Origin: Tubulanus polymorphus
Taxonomy: Eukaryota > Animalia > Nemertea
Direction of reading: 5' to 3'
NCBI RefSeq assembly: GCF_964204645.1
Contig: NC_134028.1
Span: 12,819,263-12,883,262 of the forward strand
DNA: 64,000 bases
The notes below the pieces were generated by a model. The model saw only the letters and a program-made list of their open reading frames with translations. It searched no databases and had not been told where the DNA came from. Below, piece by piece: positions 1 through 11,736 of the stretch. Position 1 is the first letter of the stretch; each line of letters begins with the position of its first letter. A program made the position numbers and the translations under genes.

Positions 1-213
1 AGGAATATATTTTTGTTTTTCTAAATAATCAATAGTTAAATTAGATAAAGTAACTGCTAATGTTAATTTTAAAATATCATTTATATCAAATCTATCAACA
101 TTAACACTTCCCATTTTGAATACTTTTTTTAATACCATTGAATAACCAACAGTTCCAACTGATAGTAATGCGCCATTATATAATCCAGTTATTATCCACT
201 TATTATCACTCAT
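1..213 (-). CDS. Small two-helix membrane protein of Polinton/adintovirus type (3' end outside window; not in ORF track)
   Basis: ATG at 213 (TAAATG) opens MSDNKWIITGLLYNGALLSVGTVGYSMVLKKVFKMGSVNVDRFDINDILKLTLAVTLSNLTIDYLEKQKYIP to the window edge. Resembles recalled small adintovirus proteins ending DYLxKQKxIP. Confidence 0.65.
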   Translation of the reverse strand, partial: MSDNKWIITGLYNGALLSVGTVGYSMVLKKVFKMGSVNVDRFDINDILKLTLAVTLSNLTIDYLEKQKYIP

Positions 214-216
214 TTA

Positions 217-570
217 TTAATCAAAAAAATTACTATCTTCAAAATATTTAGTTATCTTAGTGATGATTATTTCAACATTTATTTCATTACTAGTTTCATT
301 TGTATATATTTCAATTATTATTTTTTTAATATCATCGATGATAAAATCTTCATCTAATTCATAAAATCTTAAAGATTCTCTAATTAAATTAGTAATCTTT
401 TCTACATTAAAAGTTTCTTTATCTATTGTTTTTTCATACTTAAATGTTGTTTCATTAGAAAATGCAATATTTTTGATTTGTGTAATTACATCATTAATGT
501 TAAATTTCATTTCTTTCTCACGTTTAAAATCAAATCCAAAACATATACTCGGTCCAACAGTTATATTCAT
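217..570 (-). CDS. Hypothetical viral protein, 117 aa
   Basis: Open ORF with TAAATG start, tightly packed between neighbouring viral ORFs; no recognised domain. Confidence 0.55.
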   Translation of the reverse strand: MNITVGPSICFGFDFKREKEMKFNINDVITQIKNIAFSNETTFKYEKTIDKETFNVEKITNLIRESLRFYELDEDFIIDDIKKIIIEIYTNETSNEINVEIIITKITKYFEDSNFFD

Positions 571-586
571 TTATATAATGAAAAAA

Positions 587-1372
587 TTACTCTCTACATC
601 TTATAACTAATTCATATATCACAGGAAAGTTATTCAAATCAATTAAATATCCATTATGATTTCTTATTTCTAATTTAAAATTATTGAAATGTGGAATACA
701 AGGTTTAAAATCACATTCAGCTAAATTATAATTTATTTGCGTTCCAAATTGTTTAACATTCTTCAATGGTAAAATGTTTAATATACTAGAATTACAAGTT
801 ATATCTTTAGTTGCTTCAAATGTTTTTGTTGGGTCAATCAAATTGCAATAAATATAAAAATGCGTAAAAGGTATTAAATTTGATATACCGTATATGTTTC
901 CAACAATATGTTTATCTGGAGGAATTCCTAACAGTTTAGCAAAAGGTTTTTTTACCACGTAAGCATGTCTTCTTATCATAAATAAAACAGGTTTATAATA
1001 CTCATCATCAAACTTTACTTTAATTTTATTAGAGCTCTCACTTTTTATGAATTTAATATTAAATTTAGAATCACTACCTAACATAATCCGAGCTTTTCTA
1101 TTAATTTCTTGCTCTAATGTTTCTAAATTATATAATCCTGGTGTAATCATAAGTTGAAAATTTTTATTTCTAAGTTTATCAAGAATAAAAAAGCTATGTT
1201 CATCAGTTTTATCCGATATATTGTAAAATGAGTTACATAAACTTATATTTACTAATTTTAAATCTACACAATTCTTAAATTCTATATCTAATTGAACTAG
1301 TAAATTATGTGATTTATAATTTGTAAGTTTTCTAGAATCAACAAATATTCTGTATTCTTTTAATTCTACCAT
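587..1372 (-). CDS. Putative minor capsid (penton, single jelly-roll) protein
   Basis: Motifs IFVDSR, LKLVNISLCNSFYNIS, ITPGLYNLETL, AKLLG, YIYCNLID, SILNILP and FKLEIRNHNGYLIDLN..YEL match the pattern of Polinton/PLV penton proteins. Intact, 261 aa. Confidence 0.7.
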   Translation of the reverse strand: MVELKEYRIFVDSRKLTNYKSHNLLVQLDIEFKNCVDLKLVNISLCNSFYNISDKTDEHSFFILDKLRNKNFQLMITPGLYNLETLEQEINRKARIMLGSDSKFNIKFIKSESSNKIKVKFDDEYYKPVLFMIRRHAYVVKKPFAKLLGIPPDKHIVGNIYGISNLIPFTHFYIYCNLIDPTKTFEATKDITCNSSILNILPLKNVKQFGTQINYNLAECDFKPCIPHFNNFKLEIRNHNGYLIDLNNFPVIYELVIRCRE

Positions 1373-1440
1373 TATTTATAACATAAAAAAATTACCGCTC
1401 ATCACTAAAAATTAATTTTAATAAAATTTTCCCTTAATAA

Positions 1441-4400
1441 ATGGATGAGAAGATACCATGTGAAATTTGTGGTGAACTTCTAAGAAAAAGTAATATGGCT
1501 TGACATATGAAAAAACATGATGTAAATTATAAACCCCCTAAACTAAACTGTCCAAAATGTAATAAATTATTCTCAAGAAATTATGTTAAAAAACATTCAG
1601 AGAAGTGTAAAATTAATGGCGCAACGGCTAATGTTGATAGTAATGAAAGTAATAGTAATTCTGCTGAAGTTGAACCTGAAGTTATTTGGAAAAGACCTTT
1701 CTTATTCTATGATAAGGATAATATAAAAGATCATTTCTGTGAGCCTTGTCGAATGAAATATAACCCTGAAAATATAGAAGATTGGGAGAATCATCAATTT
1801 CGTAAAGCACATATAGATAAAATTTCTAATAAATTTGAAACTGAATTCAATGAAAGAAAAAATAATTTATTAGAAAAAATAAAATATGAGAAAACGTTAC
1901 CAGATAATAAAGAAACAGTTAGAAAAACAATATAATGAATTAACAAGAAAAACATATTATTAGGCCAGCCGTAGGCTGAGCCTATTACTTTACAAATGGA
2001 GCGAATTTAAATGACATGGTTTCCACACAAAAGGCTCTTTTGCTTGCCAAGTGAGGGCATATTCGAACAAATCACGTATTTAAGCGTAATCCATTCTCGG
2101 AATCGTAGCGAGCAGAATTTTGAAATAGGGTCTCATAAAAATGTTTTCTGCATTTTTCACGAAAGTTAAATCGGGAAAATTTCAATTTTTATCAGCCAAT
2201 CAGGAAGTTGTGTCTTCCCTGTGATTGGTTTATCTGAAAATATCAGCAGCTGTTCACGTGAATTATCGCGATTTCATTACTGGCGCTTTTGTGCATGACT
2301 TCATGTATCAACACGCGACAATACTTCCGCGTTCGCTACGTGTTCGCTGATTGGCCCATTTACTGGGAAATTCCACAGAAGCCTAATGTGGTTTGTTACA
2401 AGCGCTGTGATTGGTTCGACCCGATTCTGGCATGGCTTTAGCTTAGTGGGTTCGAATCCCTTGACGGGTGAAGATGATGGATCCTATCAATATCTATTGA
2501 AACTAATAAGTTTCCCGGTTGGGCAGCCGCGGATATCTACCGGAAGTATTCCGGTTCGATATTTCGAGGTTTCTTTGAATTTTGGAGTGATATTGAAATC
2601 CGGTAAATACCAGCGGTAGATTGTGAAAACCCATTGCATGATATTTGTATTACTTAATCAACGAAAAGCGTCGGGGCCGCGCCAGGAGTTTTCGTGATTC
2701 AAGTAGCGCAATAGCCTACTTCTTCGTGTTCGTCCACCTCAATTTTCACTCCGCCGATCTCTGACACGGCTCTGTCCCCGTCGGCGCTGTGATTGCACAT
2801 TCGTACCACCAAAATTTTTTATTTCTATATCAGGGAGGTCTGGAGAATAAAAAAGTCAAAATTTGGATATCACATAGGCCTGATTTCATCGAATAAGTCG
2901 ACCATGGTCGTTCCGTTTCCGTACTTATTACCACCTAAAACCGTCTGAACAATTTTGTCACAACCAACATTTCGTTTACAGAAATCAGGTGTTCACGTGA
3001 ACCCGCGGTATCGTCTACTGTTTTACTTCCTGGTTTTATTTTAAGATTTAAAATTGTATTTACAAGATCGATTTCTATGAAATCTTTAGTTGATTTGGTG
3101 TTTGGGAGGAATTTTTATTTGCTCTACAGAAAATTCATCCTTGACAATTGCGCAAGGTTCGCGAAAAAAAAGGTTTTACCAAATCGGGTGTATGACCTTG
3201 ATATGCTAATTAGCCATGTGCCCGAATTGCAAATTCAATCAAATTTTATTCTGCCAAAAAATGTTAAATACAATTCGCTTTCCGAGAGTTAATGGTATGC
3301 TGCATGGAACAAAGTTGTTTTGAGATGGGTCTTGAAGCTATTTAGGTCGAGAGATAACCATCTAGATAGTTCGTGAGAGTTCCAAAGTTTTGAAGACGCT
3401 TCAAGGTAATGTCTTGATATTTGGTTTATACGTGTATCTATCCTAGACACATCTTCAGGCCAAAAACTGGCCCTGTCAGATTCAAGATGGCGCCAAAATC
3501 AGCACTTTTTACACATTTTTGAAGTTTTCGAGGGAAATTTTGAAGACACTTTTATCAATAACCTTGATCATTCGTATATATTTATATCCCCCGAGGGCCC
3601 ATCGGCATGAGAAAAATTGGGTCGATCGGACTCAAGATGGCCGTACTGTAACCTTTTTTGTTCCCAAAAATGTCAATTTTGGCCTGAATTCTGAGTACTG
3701 TAGCTTTCTAATGGTGTGCCATGTTTCATTGCAATTTGTAATGGGTATTCTTTGGAAAGGGATCTTTTATATCCGAGAGGGTATTTTTGACCAGGCAATT
3801 ATGACGCACTTGCTGGCCATCTTGGGGTCATCAGTACTCATTCGTAGGTGGAAAAAAAGTTTTTCCACATCATAATTGATACTTAAGCATATTTTGCTAC
3901 TATAATCAATTGGAAAGTTGTAGCTCATGACATGTTCTATGATCGAGATGAGTTTCAAGCTCATTGGTTTTTGTTTATGGCCACCAGGGGGCGTTGAACA
4001 ATACAATAACTTAGTATTTCTATATTACATTCATACCTATGCATATTTTGCTACCACAATCAATCGGAAAGTTGTAGCTCATGACATGGTCTATGATCTT
4101 GGTGAGTTTCAAGCTCATTGGTTTTTGTATATGGCCACCAGGGGCGTTGAACAATACAATAACTTAGTATTTCTATATTACATTCGTTCCTGCTGTCTGT
4201 GTTAACACACGATTTTACTATGTAAATGATATTGAGCAGGGAGTGTATATTGATAAATATAACCCACAGATTACATCATTTATAAAAAGCAAATCTGACA
4301 GGCTGGCCATTGTGCCCCTTGGGGCTCTTGTTGTAAATATCATAAATTGATTATTACAACAAGTAATTCAAATCTACATAATAGAACAATAAAACATAAA

Positions 4401-5135
4401 GAAAACGTAAGAAAATACCAGGAGCTTAATGAAGATCTATTACCAATAAATTATAAACAAAAATGCCCACAATGTAATTACGCGACCTTAAGACAAGAAG
4501 GTACTGTGTTATTTTGTGTTGATTGTGGATGGCAAAAGAATTTATGGGGTGAAGAAAAAACTAGAAATTTTCTCATAGATCCAAAATTAAATTATCTAGA
4601 TGAAATTTTTAAAATATTTTCTATAAAAGATCATACACCAGAATATATGCAATGGCTTGAAAAAATGAAAATAATAGAAAATAAAAATGGTGAAATAACT
4701 AAAAAAGATATTATAAAAACAATTATTCCGTCAACATTTAACACAAAACAAAAGAAAATGTATTTATATTTATTATTTAACGATTATTATGAAAAACCTA
4801 AATTAACAGAAGAAGATATGGAAAATATAAAAAAAATATTCAAACAAATATTAATGTATCATTTGGAAAATAGAATAACAGATTCAATTAATTATGAATT
4901 CTTTTTAAATAAGATTGTAAATTATTTAAACATAGATATTATAATTCCATTTGACGAATTAACAAACGAAAAGAAACAAAGGGAGCGAGATGAAATGTGG
5001 CGCAAGATAGAACTTTATTTAAATAAGAAAAATGAAATGGAAGAAGAACCTAAACAAATTATACAAGAACAATTAAATGAAAATGAAGAAGCCAATAGTG
5101 ATTTCGATTATGATGATATTGATTTTATGTTTTAA
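1441..5135 (+). pseudogene. C2H2 zinc finger + VLTF3-like (poxvirus A2 family late transcription factor) fusion gene, split by a HINE insertion
   Basis: ATG 1441: MDEKIPCEICGELLRKSNMA*HMKKH (TGA at 1501), then CPKC..H..C and FCEPC..H..AH fingers, with a frameshift near 1880. Removing 1958-4331 joins ..TRKTY|CKYHKLIITTSNSNLHNRTIKH in frame with ORF 4347-5135. That ORF has CPQC..CVDCG and a VLTF3-like C-terminus, INYEFFLNKI..QRERDEMWRKI. Confidence 0.72.
1958..4331 (+). mobile_element. Non-autonomous Helentron-associated (HINE/DINE-1-like) element with nested repeats
   Basis: 5' subTIR GGCCAGCC plus adjacent inverted copy (taggccagccgtaggctgagcc); 3' subTIR GGCTGGCC followed by hairpin GCCCC-TT-GGGGC and TCTTGT. 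Inserted at a TT site with no TSD (empty site acatat|tgtaaa). Confidence 0.75.
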
Positions 5136-8100
5136 TGACCATAAGGTAATGTTTTTATACCATCATCTGAAATATGTCTTTTATCATCAAATGGATTTAA
5201 ACTAGTTTTTTCAACTTCATTAATGTACATCTCATGATCTTCTGATCTTAAACAATTCATTTTGTGTTTCATTACAATTGAGTTATATAAACACTTTATA
5301 TAATCTTGAAATTCTATATGTTTATCAACCACATGTTTTGTTATTCCTTTTAACTTTTTAGCTTCATGATCTTTTGTTCTGTAACTATACATTTTACTTC
5401 TTATCCCAACAAATTCAATCATTTCATCACCCCCTAATTCATCTTTAAACTTACCAGGAATCTTTTTATTATCATTGCTAAATAGTTCATGATCTTTGGG
5501 ATAATTGCTAAAATCAAAATGATGTTTTAATGTTTTTAAGTCTTTTGTTATATCATTTGTCTTGATTTTTAGTATGTAGGCGTCGGTATTTTTTTGGATT
5601 AATGGGAACCCAGAATTGAATGTTCCATCATCTGTTGATAAATCATAAACATAGTCAGTTGGGTTATATATTTCAAATAAATCTTCTTCTGTTAACTCAT
5701 TTTCTACATGTCTTAAATTAAAGCAATTTGGTTTAGATTTAATCAATCCAATATTCATATTAAATCCTAATGAACTGCATAATATATTCAATCCTGATAT
5801 AGCAACTTTTCCTTTTTGAGCTAAAGATATTGTTTTGCGGTTTTTGAAACTTTTTGAACTATCTGCAGCATAGAATCCAATGAATAACCATTTTCTTAAA
5901 TCATTTTTTGCATTTAATACATAATCTGGAACTATCTTTTCTTTTGTTGAAGTATTACTTTTAACTATTGCATGAATATAGAATTCATCATTATATTTTA
6001 TAGCAAAATCTTTAGGATTATTTACAAGTATTCTATAAACTGGTGTTGATTTCATAACATCCATGATTTTAAATGTTTTATTTGGATAAACTTCTTCACA
6101 GAATTTCTTTATTCTTTCTAATAATTTTAAGTCTTGATTGCATAAATACCAGCAATATTGAGTGCGATTAACATAATTATACACACCTGCTGAACCATCA
6201 CCCATGAAAAATCCTTTGATAAAATATTCTTTTTCTTCTAATGTTTCGGGTTCTATATTATAAATATTATCAATAATTTCATCAAATGACATATGATTCA
6301 TATTCTTTAGAAAAATCTTTTTATGTAATAATTCATCTCCAAATTTTTATATCAGTTGGTTTTATTTCATCGCCATTTCGTTTAATTAAACTATGATCTT
6401 CTGTAACATCTACAAATCCTAATTCAGTTCTAACTCTATAGATTTTCTTATTTGTTTTATGCCTCATAATATTCTTTAATTTTTTCCATCCATTTCTTGT
6501 CCAAACATCCATTAAACCATTTATTTGTATTAATTCTTTTTCTCCATATGAAATATAACATTCATTTTGTTTTGGAATTATTTCTGAAATTCTTCTTATC
6601 AATATTTTATCATTACATTTTAATAATATTGGGGTGTCAGCTGTTACAGAATCAATATATAATATTTCAATATGCTTTTCCCCAAAAAGTGGTTGTAAAA
6701 CATTATAATAAAAATCATACATTAATAATTTTGATACTTCTAAAACAGTTGAGCCAATAAATATAGGTTTATTAAATTTCATTGACGTTCTTTTTAATTC
6801 AACTGCTGTTAAATAATCTTCAAATCTTTTATTTCCTAAATGTCTAGGACTTGATTGTAAATGTCTTAATCTTTGAGAATTATTTACTAATTCAATATTA
6901 TTTCTATTTCTAATATTTTCGCATGTTTTACCATAAAAACTATTATTCATTAATTTGAAGAAATCTTTTTCAAAATCTGTTTTTGATATGGTTCTCTGTT
7001 GAGTATTGAAATCTATATATTTTTCTATCCACTTCGATTGATTAAATTCAATATATCTATGTACTTTCTTTTATTTCATTCCTTGTTTTAGATAAAATTT
7101 TAACATTCTATGAACGATATAATTGTATTTATTATTTTGAGTAAGTATTAATTTTTCTGTAAAAACATGATCTTTCGGTTTTATTTTCTTCTGGTATTCA
7201 CTTAAATAACTATCATCTACAGTTAAATGTTCTGGGGAATAAGGTAAGTTTCTTGTTTTAAACTTTATATTTTCAGGATATTCTAAATCAACTACAAAGA
7301 AATAACCAATTGGTGCTTCATCTTCTAAACTCATAATTGCGCTTTCCCAATTAGTTTTATCATCATTTTCAATTTCTGTTAATATAAAATTTTTATATGG
7401 TTGAGGTTGCATCATTGCCCAACCATATAAATTATTGGCGTCAATATATAATAATTTATATTCATCATTTGCTTTAAAATATCTATCTCCCATAACACCA
7501 CTAATTCCACCTCTAATTGATTTTTCAAATGATAAAACCATATCTGGTTCTTTTAATAAATCTAATTCTACATTTGTATATTTTAAACCACATTGCCAGG
7601 TTAAACCAGGACTAGAGTAGCAATAACAAGGATCAACATTAAAATGATTCAAATTAACCTCTCTCAATTTTTCAAATATGTCAGCCAATATCATAACATC
7701 TGATTTTAAATATAAATCAACTAATTCGCCATGATTTTTCATCTTAAAATGGTTACAAATATTTAATGTTCTATTAAACACTTCATCTTTCACATACTCC
7801 TCTTTTAATTGATCATAAAATTGATCTTTTAATAATTCTGTTACATTAAAATCATCATGTGTTTTAATTGCGCCTTTATATCTCAATAATTTAAAATCTT
7901 GTTCATTTGGATAATAACATCGAGTTCTAACAAAATCATTATCAACTAAACTTTTTGATAAATTATCTAATGAACTTGCTAGAAATCTATAAGAATCTAA
8001 AAATCTAATGCAACCAAATTGAAATGAAATATAATTTTCAGATGTTTTAGCTAATAGTTTAAAATCATATTTTCTTACATTTACACCATTCATAGCATTA

Positions 8101-9930
8101 TATTCTTCTATTTCTTGATTAATTGTGCCCAATTTCCTTGATAATTGTTTTATAAATAGATGGGTATCATAGCCTGTTAAATTATGAAATAATATTGGTA
8201 CGAAATTAACTTTCTTAGCTTGTAAATTGCAATCTTCATGAGCAGCTCCACGATATTTTGAATTTAAATGATTATGATCTCTAACTTTTTTAGCAAATGA
8301 ATAAAAACGTTTTTCACAATAACAACAATGAGTTGCATAATTAAAATCAATTTCATCTTTTTTCATAACTATTCTATTATTTTTGTTTAATGATTTTGCA
8401 AAATCACTTTCTAATTCAATCATTTTGTCACAAAAATCATTAACTACATCTTCACCTCTAAAAGAAATATATTGACTTTCATATAATTCAGGATAATTTG
8501 ATTTTATATAAATTCCATAAGCAGCAGCTCTTTGATGAACTTTTTTAATTGTATTTATAATTGGTGGGTCTTGTATTGTGTCTTCACTTAATTCATTTCC
8601 TTTATCCATTGATTTTAATAATTGCTTTTTGTTATATATTTCTTTTCTATCTTGATCAGTTAATTCTTTATTCAACGATTCAAAATCCCCATAAATTACA
8701 AATGGAACAATATTCTTAAATTTATGATTAGTAAATTTCAAATTATAATCTTTTTCTGTTGGCATTATTAATTTACAAAAATCTTTATTATCACATAATT
8801 CTTTATGTTTTAATAATGTATTCTCAGTCATAAATTTAGATAAACATTTTCTACATAGATGAATTTTATGATGATGATCACTTTCTGTTCTAAAGAATAA
8901 ATCAATTTGTTTTAACCACATATAATGTTCATTTTCATCTTTTTTGTAATATAACAAATCTATAGCATTTTCATCATCATAATATTCTGTTAAATATAAA
9001 GCTTCCAATGTATAATCTTTAATATTTTCACCTTTTGTCTTTGGTAATTGCATTAATTCGAATACATTTATTTTTAAATTATTAACTTTTTCTATTTTAG
9101 AAATCATTTTTATAGTTACTGGATATTGATCAATTTTATATAATGTTTCATATTTCCGATAATCTGTTATTCTACAAACATTTTCCTGTGTTGGATGTAA
9201 GCAACTAATAATTGACCATAGAAAACATTTATTATCTTCATTTTGAATATTTATTACTGCCTTTGTTGTAAATGGTAATTTAATATAAGATGATGCTTTA
9301 ATATCCTTTTCTGTTGTAAAGTTTGAATCATTTTTAAACATTTTATTACTTTTTGATGTTTTATTTCTTTTTGTATTATAAACATTTAAATCTAAATATA
9401 TAATTTCATTCAATGTTAAGCCAGAACCCTCAAAATATCTTTCTTCAATATGACGTTTAAATTCATTAAATATTTTTTCTAACTTCTCTTTTATTTGTGT
9501 TTTTGAAATTATTTCTTCAGAGTGTGTTTGAATATTATAACTCATTTTTTCTTCTGACTTTATAAAACTTACTTTCCCAGAGATACTAATTTTTGGATAT
9601 TCAACATCTGTTATCAAATCTAGTATTTTTTCTATTATTTCATTAAATTTACTATAATCTTCTATTGTTGTTCCTTTGAAAAATCTAAATATAATAGCTG
9701 CAGGACCAATTTTACTATGTAATGTTTCTAAAATTTCAATTGTATCTTTTATTTCTAGTGAATCAATATAATTTCTAACATTTTCCATGTAAGGTTTATT
9801 TGAAATGGATTTAGTTTTTGAAGTTGGTTTTTTTACTTTTTGAGGTTTATCATCGAAATAATCTTTTCCTAAAACATTATTACTCAAATTTTGATGGTGT
9901 TTTTGTGATTCGAGATGTCTATTATAATTC
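5132..9930 (-). pseudogene. polB: Protein-primed family B DNA polymerase (pPolB, Polinton type) with an intein; one nonsense codon and frameshifts
   Basis: ExoI YGDFES, ExoII FHNLTGYD, ExoIII YLKSDV, motif A YIDANNLYGWAM, motif B KLMNNSFYGK, motif C YID|TD, C-terminal GKFKDE..FVGIRSKMYS..KLKG..FDDKR. In-frame TAA at 7071-7073 (GMK*KKVHRYIEF); +1 frameshift at ~6342. Confidence 0.95.
5588..6650 (-). mobile_element. Intein with LAGLIDADG homing endonuclease inserted in PolB motif C (pol-c site)
   Basis: Starts S (SVTADTP) right after YID. Block B VDVTEDHSL; LAGLIDADG motifs YFIKGFFMGDGS and LFIGFYAADS; block F YVYDLST; ends IQKN followed by +1 Thr (TDA). Length 1063 nt = 354 codons plus one extra base. 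Confidence 0.93.
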
Positions 9931-9934
9931 CTTT

Positions 9935-9981
9935 TTGATGGGTTTCGTCGTCAGACGAACCCATCTATGGCATCGTTGTCA

Positions 9982-10013
<32 letters not shown>

Positions 10014-11152
10014 GATGTTTCTTTATGACACAATTTAAGCTGTTTGTGTGGACCCACAATTCTGTAATTTCACACAGGTATTCTCTACTTGATGTAGATG
10101 GTGCAGCTTGGTTTATATTTGATTCCGATGTTTATAAGTGCTCTAATTTGGTTAAAAGATAATTAACGTTACTCGCTAGTTCAAGCCGCTGTATAGCGCG
10201 TTGCTACGACGACGCTCGATCAACATACTGGTACTCGCTGTGTAATACTGAACACGTATATACCTGTAGATATTGATCGTACTAGCACCGGTTTTAGATA
10301 ACGCGCGCGCGCTGATCGGTCTTAACACTTCTCGGAACTGCTGTGCTAAATGCTGAGAGGCCGAATCTATGCGCAATCATTTATTGGGCTCGTCACATTT
10401 GATAGTGAATGGATAAATAACCGGTGTCAATGACGGTCGCTACTCCCCATCAGTATAACTCATCAGTATAAGAAATAATTCTTTCAAGTTTTTTTTTCAA
10501 TCCCCGAACGTGGTTGTTACTATGTTGACCTCGCCGTTTTATAAGCTTACCGATGATTCTTCTAGTATTTTCAGGGTCACAAGACATGACGAAGTTGCAA
10601 AGTTTTGTACAAATTTCACGAAACAAACAATTATTTAGGCGGCACCTGATCTATTGATTAATTATGATAAATAATGTTTATTTCATTAAAAATTTGTTTT
10701 ATTCAAACACTACTTTCATCGCACATAGCGTGATCGGTAGGCCCTACTATTCTACGGTAGGCCATGGACTCTCATGTGGTAGGCCTATTACAAATGATAC
10801 AATCCGCGTGTCCGTGAATAAGTGACACGTGGTGGGGCGGGTTGTGAGGAGCATCGAAACTAATCCGTCACAAATAATAGATAGAAAACAATACCTTAAG
10901 AGGTTAACTTTTATTAACATCATTACCAAATCAAAACCTGCACATCCTATCATAAATAGAAATTCTAAGAATTTATTTCAAAGAATAATAAATTACGTCT
11001 AAATATTGGGATTCGAACTCGTAGCATCGATTCAGGTGCCTTTCCCAAAGCGGGTATCCCGCGGGGAAAACCCATTACTATTTATATCGAGAATCGCCTT
11101 TTTGACAGCGGGTTCGGTGAATGAAACAGAAACAATTACACAGAAACCCATC
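9935..11152 (+). mobile_element. DINE-1/HINE-like insertion in the 5' part of polB
   Basis: 5' GATGGGTTTC..GAACCCATC inverted pair, a (GTCT)n/GTCC microsatellite at ~9983-10010, and 3' subTIR GAAACCCATC at ~11142. Confidence 0.6.
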
Positions 11153-11409
11153 ATGGAAAGTTTCTTTCTGGTTACTATAAATTCATTACAAACTTCACAT
11201 TTTATTTCATCCACATTCATATTTTCTAATCTTTCTTTTCTTTCATTGGAATTTTCTGGAGTTTCAAAATCTATTACATTTTTTATATGATTTGCAGTTT
11301 TTTCATGTCGTGATTTTTGGGATTTATCGATGTATTTTTTACAATATTGGCAATAATATTGATTTTTATTAACATTATTGTTTTCTGGCTGGTGTTCATT
11401 TTCCCCCAT
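11153..11409 (-). pseudogene. Zinc-finger N-terminal segment, probably the true 5' end of polB
   Basis: TAAATG start; YYCQYCKKYIDKSQKSRHEKTANH and KCEVC fingers. Same strand as polB, separated from it only by the 9935-11152 insertion. Confidence 0.55.
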
Positions 11410-11448
11410 TTATTAGGGGAAAAAATTACTTGTGGTGATGAGTGGTGT

Positions 11449-11736
11449 CTCGACCGCTCGACCTCTGATCTGAAAGCCCACTTTTCCAATTACTGGTAGG
11501 CCTATATGTCTTTTCATACCAGAGGTCGAGAGGTCGAGCTCATAAAAATAAAAATAAATTCTCACAGGCTTGAATTCATTTTTATTTTTACTCACTCGCC
11601 CCTCAACCTCTGATATGAAACAACATATACCCTATTACTCTAATAATTTCATATATATGAACATTATATAAATGAATATCATATATATGAAAATCAATTA
11701 TATAGATTTCGAATAAAAAAATATGTAAAATAAATG
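11449..11736. promoter_or_regulatory. Inverted-repeat (hairpin) region between divergent viral genes
   Basis: Arms 11503-11538 / 11595-11629, inner stem 11543-11561 / 11572-11590, extra arm copy 11449-11475. Homologous to 62583-62800. Confidence 0.55.

Noticed and set aside
2430-2470. tRNA gene (GGTTCGAATCCC B-box); similar motif near 11005
   Set aside because: No complete cloverleaf; at most SINE-derived fragments.
3519-4205. Repeated small ORFs (also 23752, 27204, 40977)
   Set aside because: Chance frames in copies of a non-coding HINE repeat; frames are not conserved between copies.
5588-6650. Hedgehog-type host Hint domain
   Set aside because: It has LAGLIDADG motifs, a terminal Asn and a +1 Thr, and splits a catalytic motif, which is the architecture of a true intein.
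1501-7073. Programmed readthrough or frameshifting (TGA 1501, TAA 7071, shift at ~6342)
   Set aside because: Several unrelated lesions plus TE insertions indicate ordinary decay or sequencing error; no recoding signals were seen.
5132-9930. Giant-virus (NCLDV) RNA-primed PolB insertion
   Set aside because: Extein motifs (FHNLxGYD, IRGGIS, YIDANNLYGWAM, FDDKR) are Polinton protein-primed type; only the intein looks NCLDV-like.
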